Below, piece after piece: positions 12,237 to 23,707 of a stretch of 38,644 nt of DNA. The DNA is from Ramazzottius varieornatus. Taxonomy: Eukaryota; Animalia; Tardigrada. Under the pieces are notes generated by a model, which searched no databases, was not told the origin of the DNA, and saw only the letters and a program-made list of their open reading frames with translations. A program made the translations under genes and the position numbers. The DNA lies in assembly GCA_001949185.1 (NCBI GenBank), contig BDGG01000029.1, forward strand, positions 1-38,644. Direction: 5' to 3'. How positions within the stretch are numbered: the stretch's first letter is position 1; each line of letters starts with the position of its first letter.

Positions 12237-12575
12237 GGCTATTACGTAGTGCTCGCAGAGCTTAGTAATACAACCTTGCATGCGACTTGATACCCTATGT
12301 TATCCCATGTCAACCCCCTTCAGGTGGCCTAACATGGGATTTTTGGGCACGAGCTGTCGTTGCGGAGCTGGTTTTTTTCGTAAGTTTGTGTTTAAACCCC
12401 TCTGCTGAACTTTGCCCAGTGAACGGCAAAGTACAACATCAGTGGAGATAAGCTTGCGAATGGAATGTGACTGAGGAGAAGCGACAGCACGTCACAAAAG
12501 AAGGAGATAAGGCTATAGCATTGTATTCTGAGTCACAGGGAGTAATTCAATGGTTGGGAACTTGGGATACGCGCT
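12237..12575. repeat. Dispersed duplicate segment, copy 2
   Basis: Direct match to 1-339. Confidence 0.9.
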
Positions 12576-12835
12576 TGCCGTCGAAATGCGCACCTGCAGT
12601 TTATCAGCCTTCTAAGCACGGATGCGAGACATGCACCTGCGTACTGTCCCACGACGCGCACCTGCAAGTCACACAGTTGTATAAAAGTGTAAACAGGCTC
12701 GACAAGCAGTTCCGTAATTTCGACCAAATTACAAAGCTGCATGTCGAGCCTGTTTAGAGCCTACCGTTTTGAGGCGAGAACGGTGCCCGTTAGGGTGCCG
12801 CGCCGCGAACTGCGCGCAAAACGGTTACAAACAGA

Positions 12836-13408
12836 TAATGCTGGCGAAAATACGATAAAATTCGATACGTTTTTCTTTCGATACAATATCGGCGGATATT
12901 TTATCGCGGCTATGGATATTCAGTCGATATCGATATTTCGATACGATATTTTTCCGTTACCATATTTTCGATATATCGTATCATATCACAGCGATATATC
13001 GGTATTTCTGGAATTTTAGTTTTTTGGAATTCTACCGGTTCAGGCCCAGAAACTCAAGAAGCCGATCTCCACATAAAGTATCAGTAAGATCGAAAGCGTC
13101 GCAAGCTGCAAAGACATGACTATGATAGGACTTCAAACACATGGAAACCTGGACAGATTTAGTACCAGAACTGAATGGGCGGAGTGTGCTCGGTACACCA
13201 TGGCCAAAATCAAATCTTTAAAATCAACCATGGTCTTCCGTAAACGAGATATTACTGGCGAGTTTGACATTCAGCAAAACACCGATATATCGAAAATATA
13301 TCGATATGGCGCGATACGATATCGCCGGATATTCCATTGCGTTATTCAATATGAGCTTTCATATCGATATATTTCGATACGATGTATACCGTATCGTTAC
13401 CAGCACTA
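12836..13408. mobile_element. Non-autonomous hAT MITE family A, copy 2 (inverted relative to copies 1 and 3)
   Basis: TIRs TAATGCTGGCGA...TTACCAGCACTA; perfect 8-bp TSD CAAACAGA (12828-12835 and 13409-13416). Confidence 0.93.
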
Positions 13409-13451
13409 CAAACAGACGGGCTGTGGGCAAGGTTCCTCAAAAGTCTAGAGT

Positions 13452-13609
13452 CATAGCGTAGAGGCACAGCTGATGAAGTTTGAGAAGGGCAAGGGAAGGT
13501 TTTGGGTTTTTCTTGAAAATTCTCGGCCTCCACATGACAAACCCCGACCCCTACCCTTGGACTACCCCGCCCTCTGCTCAAATTTCCTCGACTATGCCTC
13601 TACGCCGTG
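13452..13609. mobile_element. Short foldback/MITE
   Basis: ~35-bp imperfect TIRs GCGTAGAGGCACAGCTGATGAAGTTTGAG / CTCAAATTTCCTCGACTATGCCTCTACGC; no clear TSD. Confidence 0.6.
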
Positions 13610-14120
13610 CCCCTAAATTCTGACAAGGGGATTATGGCTGTCACGACTTCCCGATACTCAGACCGTCCCGGCAAGACGATGGAAGAGAGTCTCTTCTTTG
13701 TTATAAGCTAGGGAGCTAAATCCCGGTCGCACCTAGAATAAACTGCAGGATTCGGAAGTGAGAAACCTAAACTACAGCAGTGACGCTCTTTGATTGAGAG
13801 TAATGTTATATTAAAGTAGATGATTGTAGATGGTTTGAACATCTACTGTATTTAGTAATATTTAGTAAACAAAATTGGGCACCGCATTCCAATATCTATA
13901 TTTCAGTAGCTTGAAAGCGGAAGTGCAATGTTTTATTATTATCAAGTTGTCCATCATCTATAGTATAATATATTTAAATACGGGTAGCGCTACCGCTGAT
14001 TCGGAAACCTGGTTGATTTGCTGAGTTCTGCTGCGTATGCGTTGGTTTCTCGATGTGCGACCACGAATTATAAAGTGCGCCACACCATAATGATGCCTCT
14101 GAACCAGCCCAGTTACACAG

Positions 14121-14540
14121 TAGAGCACTGGGCCGCACGTCCAAAAGTACGCTGTTACTGTGCTGCGCACATTACCAGGGCGCTGTACGTTGCGCTGTGC
14201 TGCACAACTTTCATGCCCAGTGGCTAAGCAGCTGTGCTGCAGATGCACGTTGACCTCGTACAACTGCGCGGAACGCCAATGTATTGACGTGGTTTGTAAT
14301 TCAGTCACTGAAATCGGTAGTCAACCTGGAGAACGTTGCCCTGAAGTACGGCAAAGCTGAGACGGCTGACGTTCGAATGCCTAAAAACTGTAATTTTCGT
14401 CAGGTTTCGGTAGGTGCATCTGTGCGGTAGTCTATGGCTTTCTGCTGTATGCTGTGCTGTGCCACACAAATTTCGTTAGTTCACGCGCTGTAGCTGTGCT
14501 GCAGCACAGTGCGGCGCATGCGGCCAGATTCCGTGCTCTA
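14121..14540. mobile_element. Non-autonomous hAT MITE
   Basis: TIRs TAGAGCAC...GTGCTCTA; perfect 8-bp TSD TTACACAG (14113-14120 and 14541-14548); GCTGTGCTG subterminal repeats. Confidence 0.88.
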
Positions 14541-14545
14541 TTACA

Positions 14546-15206
14546 CAGTGGGGGCAACGATACGGTATACCGATATCGTATCGGAATATATTGGTGCTTT
14601 GCGATAAAGTATGCGTCAGATATCTTATCGAAAATATCGATATAAAGCTCGTATCGAATAACGCAATGGAATATCCGGCGATATCGTATCGCGCCATATC
14701 GATATATTTTCGATATATCGGTGTTTTGCTGAATGTCAAACTCGCCAGTAATATCTCGTTTACGGAAGACCATGGTTGATTTTAAAGATTTGATTTTGGC
14801 CATGGTGTACCGAGCACACTCCGCCCATTCAGTTCTGGTACTAAATCTGTCCAGGTTTCCATGTGTTTGAAGTCCTATCATAGTCATGTCTTTGCAGCTT
14901 GCGACGCTTTCGATCTTACTGATACTTTATGTGGAGATCGGCTTCTTGAGTTTCTGGGCCTGAACCGGTAGAATTCCAAAAAACTAAAATTCCAGAAATA
15001 CCGATATATCGCTGTGATATGATACGATATATCGTATCCGATATATCGTATACGATACGATATGATACGATATATCGTGATACGATACGAAAAATATCGT
15101 ATCGAAATATCGATATCGACAGAATATCGAAGGCCGCGATAAAATATCCGCCGATATTGTATCGGGAAATATCGTATCGAATTTTATCGTATTTTTGTCA
15201 GCACTA
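14546..15206. mobile_element. Non-autonomous hAT MITE family A, copy 3
   Basis: Near-identical to 537-1157; carries an extra expansion of TACGATA(T) units at ~15020-15090. Confidence 0.85.
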
Positions 15207-15597
15207 GCTCAGTAGAGCTACTGCAAAATAAATACCCATGAACATCGTGTATCCGCTTACACTCTGACACTTCAACCGGTCATGTTACAGTGTGAAGGTT
15301 CAGGGTGGAAGCTGTACTACAGTATTTTTGTTGATCTTATGGTGTTTATCCTGAATCTTCTGATCTTCCGTCGAGCTCCCCGATATTTAATTATATTTTA
15401 ATGACAGACTCCCGAAAGTTCTACTATAGTAATATTTTGTTAACTCAGGTAGACGTTTTATTGTAGTGGTCACTTATTCGAACTTTGATGGACGGCGGAT
15501 ATTTATGTTCATTTTATTAGATCTCATTAACCCATATTAGAACATGACTAGTGCGGCATTTTCGCGGATTATCCGGATATTGGCAGGCTTGGCAGCC

Positions 15598-16706
15598 TAA
15601 TGATGATCATTTCACGCAGATGGTCCGTGTAATGTAAAGTATAATGTAAAATAGTGTAATTATAAAAGTATAATCCCATTTTACACAAGTTTACATTTCG
15701 CGGACCGAGCGGTTTGCAATGCTCCATTCGTGCTAACGCGTCGGGGACAGAAGTCAAAGGCAGGAAGTTTGCAATCACGCAATGCGGCTGCCAACGGTTC
15801 GCAAATTTCTGACGCAGGCAAGATGTTTTAACTTTTTCGCTAAGTTCTGACTCTCTGCACCTTTCCGTAGAAGTGCCTGTCTTTCATACTCCGATGCAGC
15901 AGAAACGGAATGTCAGGTCAGGTTATGTCAAATGATGTGGTGTTATGTCATAGACCACAATCTGTCGGAAGTGGCCGATTTCCTTTGCTCTTTCAAGTAT
16001 CCTTTCATGCATCTCCTCCTTATCCCCGTCATCAGCCGTTTCTCGATGAGTCAGTATATACCTCGATATATTCTATGCAAGAGATTCTGGGTTAATACAG
16101 AAGGAGTCGTATTACAGGAACATAAAATCCGCCAGAAAGACATATTCCGCGGGCTGCTCAACCTGATTCCCGTAGGTTGCGAAATACGGCACTAGACGAA
16201 AAAGTTAAGGCGAAAAACCGAGCGGAAAAAGCCAAGTAATGGACCGTTCGTACTCAAAAACTTTTGTTGCAGCCGCAGAACTTTCGCCGCTGGAAGTGCG
16301 AACGATGACGTCACCAAAATACCGTTTTCTACAGCTGTCTTCTGTCGCCGACGCGTAAGCACAAATGGGGTATAACGCCCAAAAGTGACAAGGAGCGACG
16401 AAACTGACGAACCAGCTATGTCTATGTTTGCATAGAATATAGATCTTAGTAATTGTCTTCCAGACAAAGATGAAAATACGGTTGCAAAATGACCATACTC
16501 AGGAAGTTTCTGACATTTTTCCGCGTAAGTCAGATAAATTTTTGATTTCTAGCGGCAAAATACTCAAAAATACCGCAGATTCTGCCAGGTAAAAGCTGCA
16601 ATACATTTTACATTTACTTTTCAACTTCCCCGTGGTTGTAATGTTGTGTAAAAGTGTTATTTTAATTTAAAACGTAATGTAATGTAAAATGTGATGCTCA
16701 TCATTA
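15598..16706. mobile_element. Non-autonomous hAT element ending ~190 bp upstream of the BTB gene ATG
   Basis: TIRs TAATGATGATCAT...ATGCTCATCATTA; perfect 8-bp TSD TGGCAGCC (15590-15597 and 16707-16714); TGTAA subterminal repeats. Confidence 0.88.
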
Positions 16707-16896
16707 TGGCAGCCAAATAGCCAATCAACATGAGCTACCAGAGCGTCAGATCAAACCAAAACACTGTCCGAATAAAGCGGTCATCGACTCATCACTCATC
16801 AATTTTATTCACTCAATTATTCGTTCGCCTAGAAGTCCTTTTTCAATTTTCCTGGACTTTAAAGTTCCACTTTTCCTACTATTCTGATTTGTAGGC

Positions 16897-19075
16897 ATGG
16901 AAAAGATGGATGCTGTCGAGAACGGTGAAGTGACGGAAGACTGGCAGAACATGGGGGACATGAAGGAACGACTAAGCTACCTGGCTGAACACATGGACGC
17001 GATCTCGACGAACATCTCCTTCACAGCTGGTCCCAACAAACTCAAGATCTTGGCTCACAAGTAAGTTTCTTTCTTAGCAAGAAACTCCTCTCGTCGCGAT
17101 GACTGTAAGCCAAGTTTTCTAGGTTCATGTTAGGCCTTGGAAGCCCTGTCTTTCACTCCATGTTTTTCGGAAAGCTGAAGGAGGATGACGGCGAGATTGA
17201 TATCCCGGATGTGGATGCTGACGCTTTCCAGTTTTTCATCCGGTATGGAAAGCCATCGGAGAACTGGATTCCGTTGGGAGTGGCTTGCAGTGACTCTGAG
17301 TAATATTTATAGGTATCTCTATACGGGACAAATCGACGGGATGAGCATGGAGAACGTGATGCGCATCATGTACTGCGGGAAGAAGTATTGGGTCGAGTCG
17401 CTCTTGGATAAATGCCGCCTTTTTGTTCAGGAGAATTTGTCCGTCGACTCAGCTTGCGAAGTTCTGCATATGGTTGGTATCGGTCCAGTAGAAAAAATTA
17501 ATACAGTACAATGATGATTATGTGTTTCCTAGTAGTTTTCCAATGGGTCCTGTTTGCAGGCTGACTTGCTGGAGGAGAAAACGATGTCGGAGTTGACGAG
17601 CATTTTTCTCGCACGGAGTGCCTTCGATATTTTCCAGAGCCCAGACTGGGTGCTGATTGGGGAGAATACCCTGGTGAACATCCTGCAGATGGCAGATTTG
17701 GACGCTGATGAGATTCGTGTATACGAAGCCGCGAAACGGTGAGTAAGTCTTTTGCAGACGGGAACTGAATTTCGTCTTTGGCCTGCGAATTCGGAGTTTT
17801 CTTCAATCTGCTGTTTTTCATTTCAGATGGGTCGAACATGCTTCTGCCAATCTGCAGACTAATGAAGAGAAAAAGCAGCTGGCTTCGAGGATCTTCAAAC
17901 ATGTCCGCATGCCGTTGCTGACACCGTCCCAAATCGCCAACGGCCCCGCAGTCGTAAGTCTCTGCATCTCTTCTTGTACGCTTATATATCCTCCGTGTAG
18001 TTGTAGCAATAGTTCGCTACCGTTCCAGTTCTCAAGAAACATCTGACTAGAATATTTCCCATGGTTATTGTAAAAAGACAGGAACTATTTGTTAAACGCG
18101 TGGCGCGCTTTAGCAGGGTCCCGTCCTATTTGGTCAGCCCAAATTGACTTTCTTAATTCTCTGAAGAATGCATTTATCTTCATGTCAATCTACAGGACCA
18201 GATACTGGGTCCAGCTGAACTTATGGACATTTACGCGTTCAAGTTCGCTGACAAGAAGCCCGAGATCGCCTATGACGCCGAGCCACGGACTCCGCGACCC
18301 GACACCTTCTTCGTCTCGTTCGAGCTCTTGGCCGACATTCGCACAGATACCTCGGTGCCGGACGAAGAAGAGGAAGAAGAAGAAGATATGGACTTTGGCA
18401 TCCGCGAAACTTTTGTGACTGTGCAACTGGGCAAAGTGACGGTGGAAGTGCGAGCTGACATTGTGCCAGCCACCAGCAAGTTCTTCTTCAGACTGTGTGA
18501 TGACGATCTGAAGTTTAGAATCATGTATGGCGATGTGGAGTTCGAACGCCACGGAACGACGGAAACGAAACTGGGGAAGATGAAGGTCTTTCCGCGAGAG
18601 AACAATCTCTTGAAGTGTGTCTGGCAAGGGCCCGGTTCCAGTGGCGCAGGTCTTCATTGTTATCGTCCAAAAGTGTGCGCCACTTTTGAGAACGATTTGG
18701 CTCAAATCATTTGCTCACGTCGTAAAGATTTTAGGGTTGTTCCAAATTTGCTGTGTTTATCTCAGGTCGATGCCTGGTTGGCTCTCCTTCAAGCTAGCCA
18801 AGGATGGGGTGAACCTCAGCGCTAAGACTGTCCAGGTCCACCCGAAAGGTGTGAAGGAGCAGGACATGAAGGGTGTGGTCTTTGGGCGTGTCGTCGACGG
18901 CATGGAAGCCTTCGAAAACGCCGATGGCTTCCGGGACAGGATGTGGGACCCCAGTGGGACTCATCCCATGGTCGAGCGCCTGCCTTCAGTCACCTTTCAC
19001 GTCTGTAATGTTAAGACGACGCTGGAAGGCGGTGAAGAGGGTCGTGTGGTGGCGCTGGACGAGGATGATAACTGA
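16897..19075 (+). CDS. BTB/POZ-BACK protein (BTBD1/2/3/6-like N-terminus) with a C-terminal degenerate cyclophilin-like domain, ~492 aa
   Basis: Exons 16897-17060, 17123-17242, 17313-17472, 17560-17738, 17827-17953, 18196-18614 and 18766-19075 are in phase (1479 nt). BTB: ILAHKFMLGLGSPVFHSMFFG..IPDVDADAF..YLYTG. BACK: EIRVYEAAKRW..HVRMPLLT. Cyclophilin-like: LGKVTVEVRADIVPAT..RLC, FPRENNLLK, VVFGRVVDGME. Confidence 0.85.
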
Positions 19076-19539
19076 AGTTTTCTTGGACATTTTTTGGACA
19101 TGGCTGTCTATGTCAGAGCATTTCTTCCTTTCCCGTGCCGACGTGTCTTTTAAGCTTCATATAAACGTTCTTTACTTGAAAGGACGGGATCGCTGTGTTC
19201 TACTTCAGAGTACGGTACATAAAATCTTTACACGTGATTTTTTGATCCACTTTTTTGCCATGCGTTTCTGATGGTCGATGAAGCGAACTGAAGTTGTGCC
19301 ATCTTGGATAGAATTACTGTGTGTAGGAATGACCGCCAGCAACAATTGAGCTACAGTATTGTACGGATTTCATTCCCAGTCTGCGGATTCGCGAGTCGCG
19401 AGCCGCAAGTTGCTCGGTCCAGCGGCCAGCGGTTCCACGTGTAACTTTCTGTGGTCCTTGTGCCGTACGAGCCTGTTCCAGAAAGCGGTTGTAGATGTCA
19501 CGATACTTGAGCAGCGCGCGTGTGAGTCATGGACATCTG

Positions 19540-20100
19540 CAGCGATGGCCGGATGATTTACCCAGCCTAATATCCAAAGTTACCCATTTGTCACGCACTG
19601 CTTGCTGTGAACCGGTCGAAAGAGGAAACTTGTCATCGGTACATTCTTCCGTCCCAAATCAGAGATCCGGTGTTCGAACCCGATTTCGGCGGTTTTTACA
19701 TGCTCCAGTTCTCAGGTCGGCGCAGTGGTTTCCGCAGGCGCAACTTTATCAGAAGACGTCAGCTCATTGAAACACTGCGAAACATCACGTTGACTATATT
19801 ATCGAACTGACGAGTGACCACGATATGCCAGAGCGGAAAGCCGATCAAGTGTCTCATTGGCGTTTGGTCATCTCTTCCGTCTGGCAGTATCACGGGCTCT
19901 CTGCTTAATTTTCATTTATAGTATTCATTTGTTTTTCTACTGTACTTGACTGCTTACTATTCGGCCCCCGTGTTGTACGAAACCAGCAATAACAAACATA
20001 TCAGTCTGCTTGATTGGGTTGATTGCCGGTCATGAGGCAGGCTGTATCTGATGTTGAGAAGCCATTCTGTGTTCTCGGTAAATCATCCGGCCCATCGCTG
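19540..20100. mobile_element. Non-autonomous hAT MITE just upstream of the thiolase coding start
   Basis: ~23-bp TIRs CAGCGATGGCCGGATGATTTACC / GGTAAATCATCCGGCCCATCGCTG; perfect 8-bp TSD GACATCTG (19532-19539 and 20101-20108). Confidence 0.85.
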
Positions 20101-20255
20101 GACATCTGGGTTAGCCATGAAGTCATCATTTGATTAACTTGGTTTTTTTCGAAGGGACGACCGCAGTTCCCATTTCTTCCCATCTTCTTTTCTGGATCCG
20201 TCATTCTCTGACATACTTCTGTGTGATCAGCCTTGTCCTTGTCATTACAGGCAAC

Positions 20256-22449
20256 ATGAACGTCCAGCGAGTCATGTTATCTAACGCAAAGCGGAGCTTT
20301 GCCTCTTCGGCCAGCCGCTTCCAAGGCGCAACAGCCAGCAAGACGGCCGCTGCACCCCAGCCAGAACCAGCTCAGCCACCACAACCGGTGGAAATGAGAC
20401 GCGCTGGACCCACCCATCCTCTTGGTCATCCCACGGAGACAGGGACAGGAAGAAGCTCTGCAAACGCAGCCACTAGCCAGACGCGAGGACAGAAGGGTTC
20501 CATGCCCAACATCGTCTTGGTCGAAGGTGTTCGCACGCCGTTCTTGATGTCGGGAACGCAGTACAAGAATCTGATGCCGCATGACCTTCAGCGTCAAGCT
20601 ATCCTCTCCCTTCTTCGTCGCACTGAATTCCCAGTTGAAAAGATCGACTATGTCATCATGGGAACTGTTATCCAGGAAGCCAAGACGAGCAACATCGCCC
20701 GAGATGCCAGGTAAAGCATATTTTATATTGGGCGTTTCTGATTGGTGTGCGATACGCAGTTCATCTCGTTACGCGACCATGGGTGCGCAGCTCTGCACGG
20801 CGTTAGCCCCGCCTTATGGAAATTCGAATCTCGCTCTGGTAGACTTTTGTATGCTTGACAGCCTTGACTGCCTTCATCCCTTTGACTTACTTCTTTCACG
20901 TGTGCTGTGCTGATCCCATGTTCTTTTCTGAATATTACTATGGGTCTTACGAACTTGTCTTTGTAGTTTGGGCGCGGGAATATCGGAACGGACGCCAGCA
21001 CACACCGTGACTATGGCTTGCATCTCGTCCAACCAAGCCATCACCACAGCTATGGGTTTGATTGGGACTGGTCAGATGGACGCTATCATCTGCGGCGGCG
21101 TTGACTTCATGTCCGATGTACCGATCCGTTTCAGCCGAAAGATGCGTCAGGCTATGCTCAACCTCAACAAGGCCAAAACGCTGCCTGCCAAGCTGGGAGT
21201 GGTGAGCAAGATGCTGAAGCCGTCGATATGGGCGCCTGAACTTCCGGCCATCGCCGAATTTACCAGTGGTGAAACTATGGGCCATTCCGCTGACCGTCTA
21301 GCTGCCGCTTTTGGCATCACCAGGAAGGAGTCAGACGAATATGCAGCGCGATCGCATCACTTGGCTGCGGAAGCCACGAAGAATGGGATGCTGAAGGAAA
21401 TTGAGCCGTTCAAGGTACCTATTGTTTAATCAATCGTAACGAAGTACCGTGAATATCTTGATTGGGTTGGTTTGTGAAAGCTTAGATCTCGTTCTCGTGA
21501 CGTCACTTCCGCTTTCTAATTTCGCTGGGACGTCATGGCGGTCATGTTGACTTGTTGATTTGTTTGACTAGGTGCCAGGTGTTCCGGATGTGGTCACTGC
21601 GGATAACGGCATTCGTGTCTCAACGTTGGAGGCCCTTTCCAAACTGAAACCCGCATTCGTCAAGCCTTACGGTACGGTAACCGCCGCAAACGCTTCCTAC
21701 CTGACGGATGGCGCTTCCGCCTCGTTGATCATGTCGGAAGAAGCAGCACTGGCCATGGGATACAAGCCCAAGGCGTACCTCCGTCACTATACCTACGTCT
21801 CACAGGACCCCGTCGACCAGCTGCTCCTCGGTCCCGCGTACGCCGCACCGAATGTTCTAGCCAAAGCTGGACTTACTATTGATGATATCGACGTCTTTGA
21901 ATTCCACGAAGCTTTCGCAGGTTAGTTTAGAATGAAGTTAGGCAGCCTAGCATCCACCTGCATACCTCTTCTCACAGTATATGTATGGGTAACTGTGTGC
22001 AGGGTATAAGTTACAACTTGATATGCCTACTTTGCATGCACCTGCCTACTTTCTTTCACAGTTCCTGTATAAGTGTTTGTATGCAGGTCGAGTTTTTTGT
22101 GTTTTAGGTCAGATTTTGGCGAACTTGAAGGCGCTCGACTCGGACTTCTTCGCGAGAGAGTACATGAAAAAGGATAGCAAGGTTGGGGCACCTCCAATGG
22201 AGAAGTTCAACAAATGGGGAGGCTCGTTGTCCATCGGACATCCTTTCGGAGCCACGGGAGTCAGACTGGCCACCGTAACCGCCAACAGGTTGATCGCTGA
22301 AGATGGACGATTTGGTCTGCTCGCCGCATGTGCCGCTGGTAAGTTCCAACTTCGAATTGGGACGCAATCAAGGATGGAATAGCAATCTCTTGCTTCTTTC
22401 AGGCGGTTTAGCGCACGCCATGGTCGTGGAACGGTATCCTGGCTCGTAA
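20256..22449 (+). CDS. HADHB: Mitochondrial trifunctional enzyme subunit beta (3-ketoacyl-CoA thiolase), ~509 aa
   Basis: Exons 20256-20710, 20967-21414, 21572-21920, 22108-22338 and 22403-22449 are in phase. Motifs [62 protein letters not shown]; Arg/Ser-rich N-terminal presequence. Confidence 0.95.
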
Positions 22450-23707
22450 TACTCTGAGGCGTGACCAGAACACTCCGCGGGGGTCCCGAAGAATCAGCAA
22501 GCCGAAGTAAGTGAAGCTTCTAGATATAGGTTTCAAAATACGCGCTTGACAAATGACGGAATAATTTATTTATCCATAAAGAGAGTATTTATGTTTTCTT
22601 GCTCGTTCGAAATCTTTCGTTTTTCTGTGCAGTCATTTGAACAATTATCGCACTAGAATTCTCTTCAGGATTCTTGTATCTGTCAAATAAGGAGATACAC
22701 CGTATCTCTTTGGAACAAAATCATTTACAGTAAAACGAGGGAAAATTGAAAGTTGATCTCTGTTCAAGGACAAGTTGCGATTATGTAACGGCGCTTGTTG
22801 TTGTCTGTCTAATTACAGCAACGTGCGCCTGGCTTTCTCGTAAACATCTGATCATCCATCAAGGATAGCAAATTGGCTGGCACCCAGGGACATTTATACA
22901 GAACTTCCACAGAACCAGGCAGCTGATTTGAGAAATACTCTGCAGCTCCTCGTGGATAGGCAGCTTCCTTAATGTACAGTCAGGTTCGTCCTGGCCTACA
23001 ACGAAGTACTCGGCACCGCACAAAGCTAGGCCTTGAGTTATTTTGGTCCGGCATAGTGCTGTTTATTTTGACAGAATCAGTTCAAGAAACCATCGGCCGA
23101 TCACACATCATGCTATTAAACTTAGTCACCTGGGCAAAGCTTTTGTTGGGGGCGGCAGGAAATGTCACGGCTTCATTCTTCCCTAAACTGTGGTAAAGAC
23201 CTCCAGAATCTCCGTGAATTATCATGGTCGAACTTTCGGTTCCAGGTTCGCTAGAGGCAGTCAAAGATCTCTGGCGGAAACCCGATCAGGCGTTTTTGAT
23301 TTTCCAATCTTTTCACAGACTACGAGATCTTTAAAGCAGGAAAGCAGCCAGGAATGAGAGTTGCTGGGAAGAACCCGTGCCGTGCTGATGCATGGTCTGT
23401 AGTCATCAGTTCTGTTCGTGACACGCGATGAACTTGCACTGGCAACCCTTGCAAGAATTATAACAGTCATGCGCTTCCTCAACGCATGTAAACAACCTAT
23501 TACCCAAAATAGCTCCACCAACATCTCCACTGCTCTCGTTTTCCGTCAAACCGATGTTTCCTCCCTGCACACAAAGACGCCACAAACTCTTTACGAGACG
23601 CTACAAACACTGTTTCACTTTTCTCCCGTCCTAGCTCATTACTTATCGGACTTACCCAGTTTCTCTTTGTTCAAATTGCCGAAAAGCATCTTGGGAAGGT
23701 GCCGTCT

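Noticed and set aside
20130-20255. Upstream TTG-initiated extension of the thiolase ORF
   Set aside because: It runs through a pyrimidine tract and AG acceptor (20250); ATG 20256 begins a plausible mitochondrial presequence.
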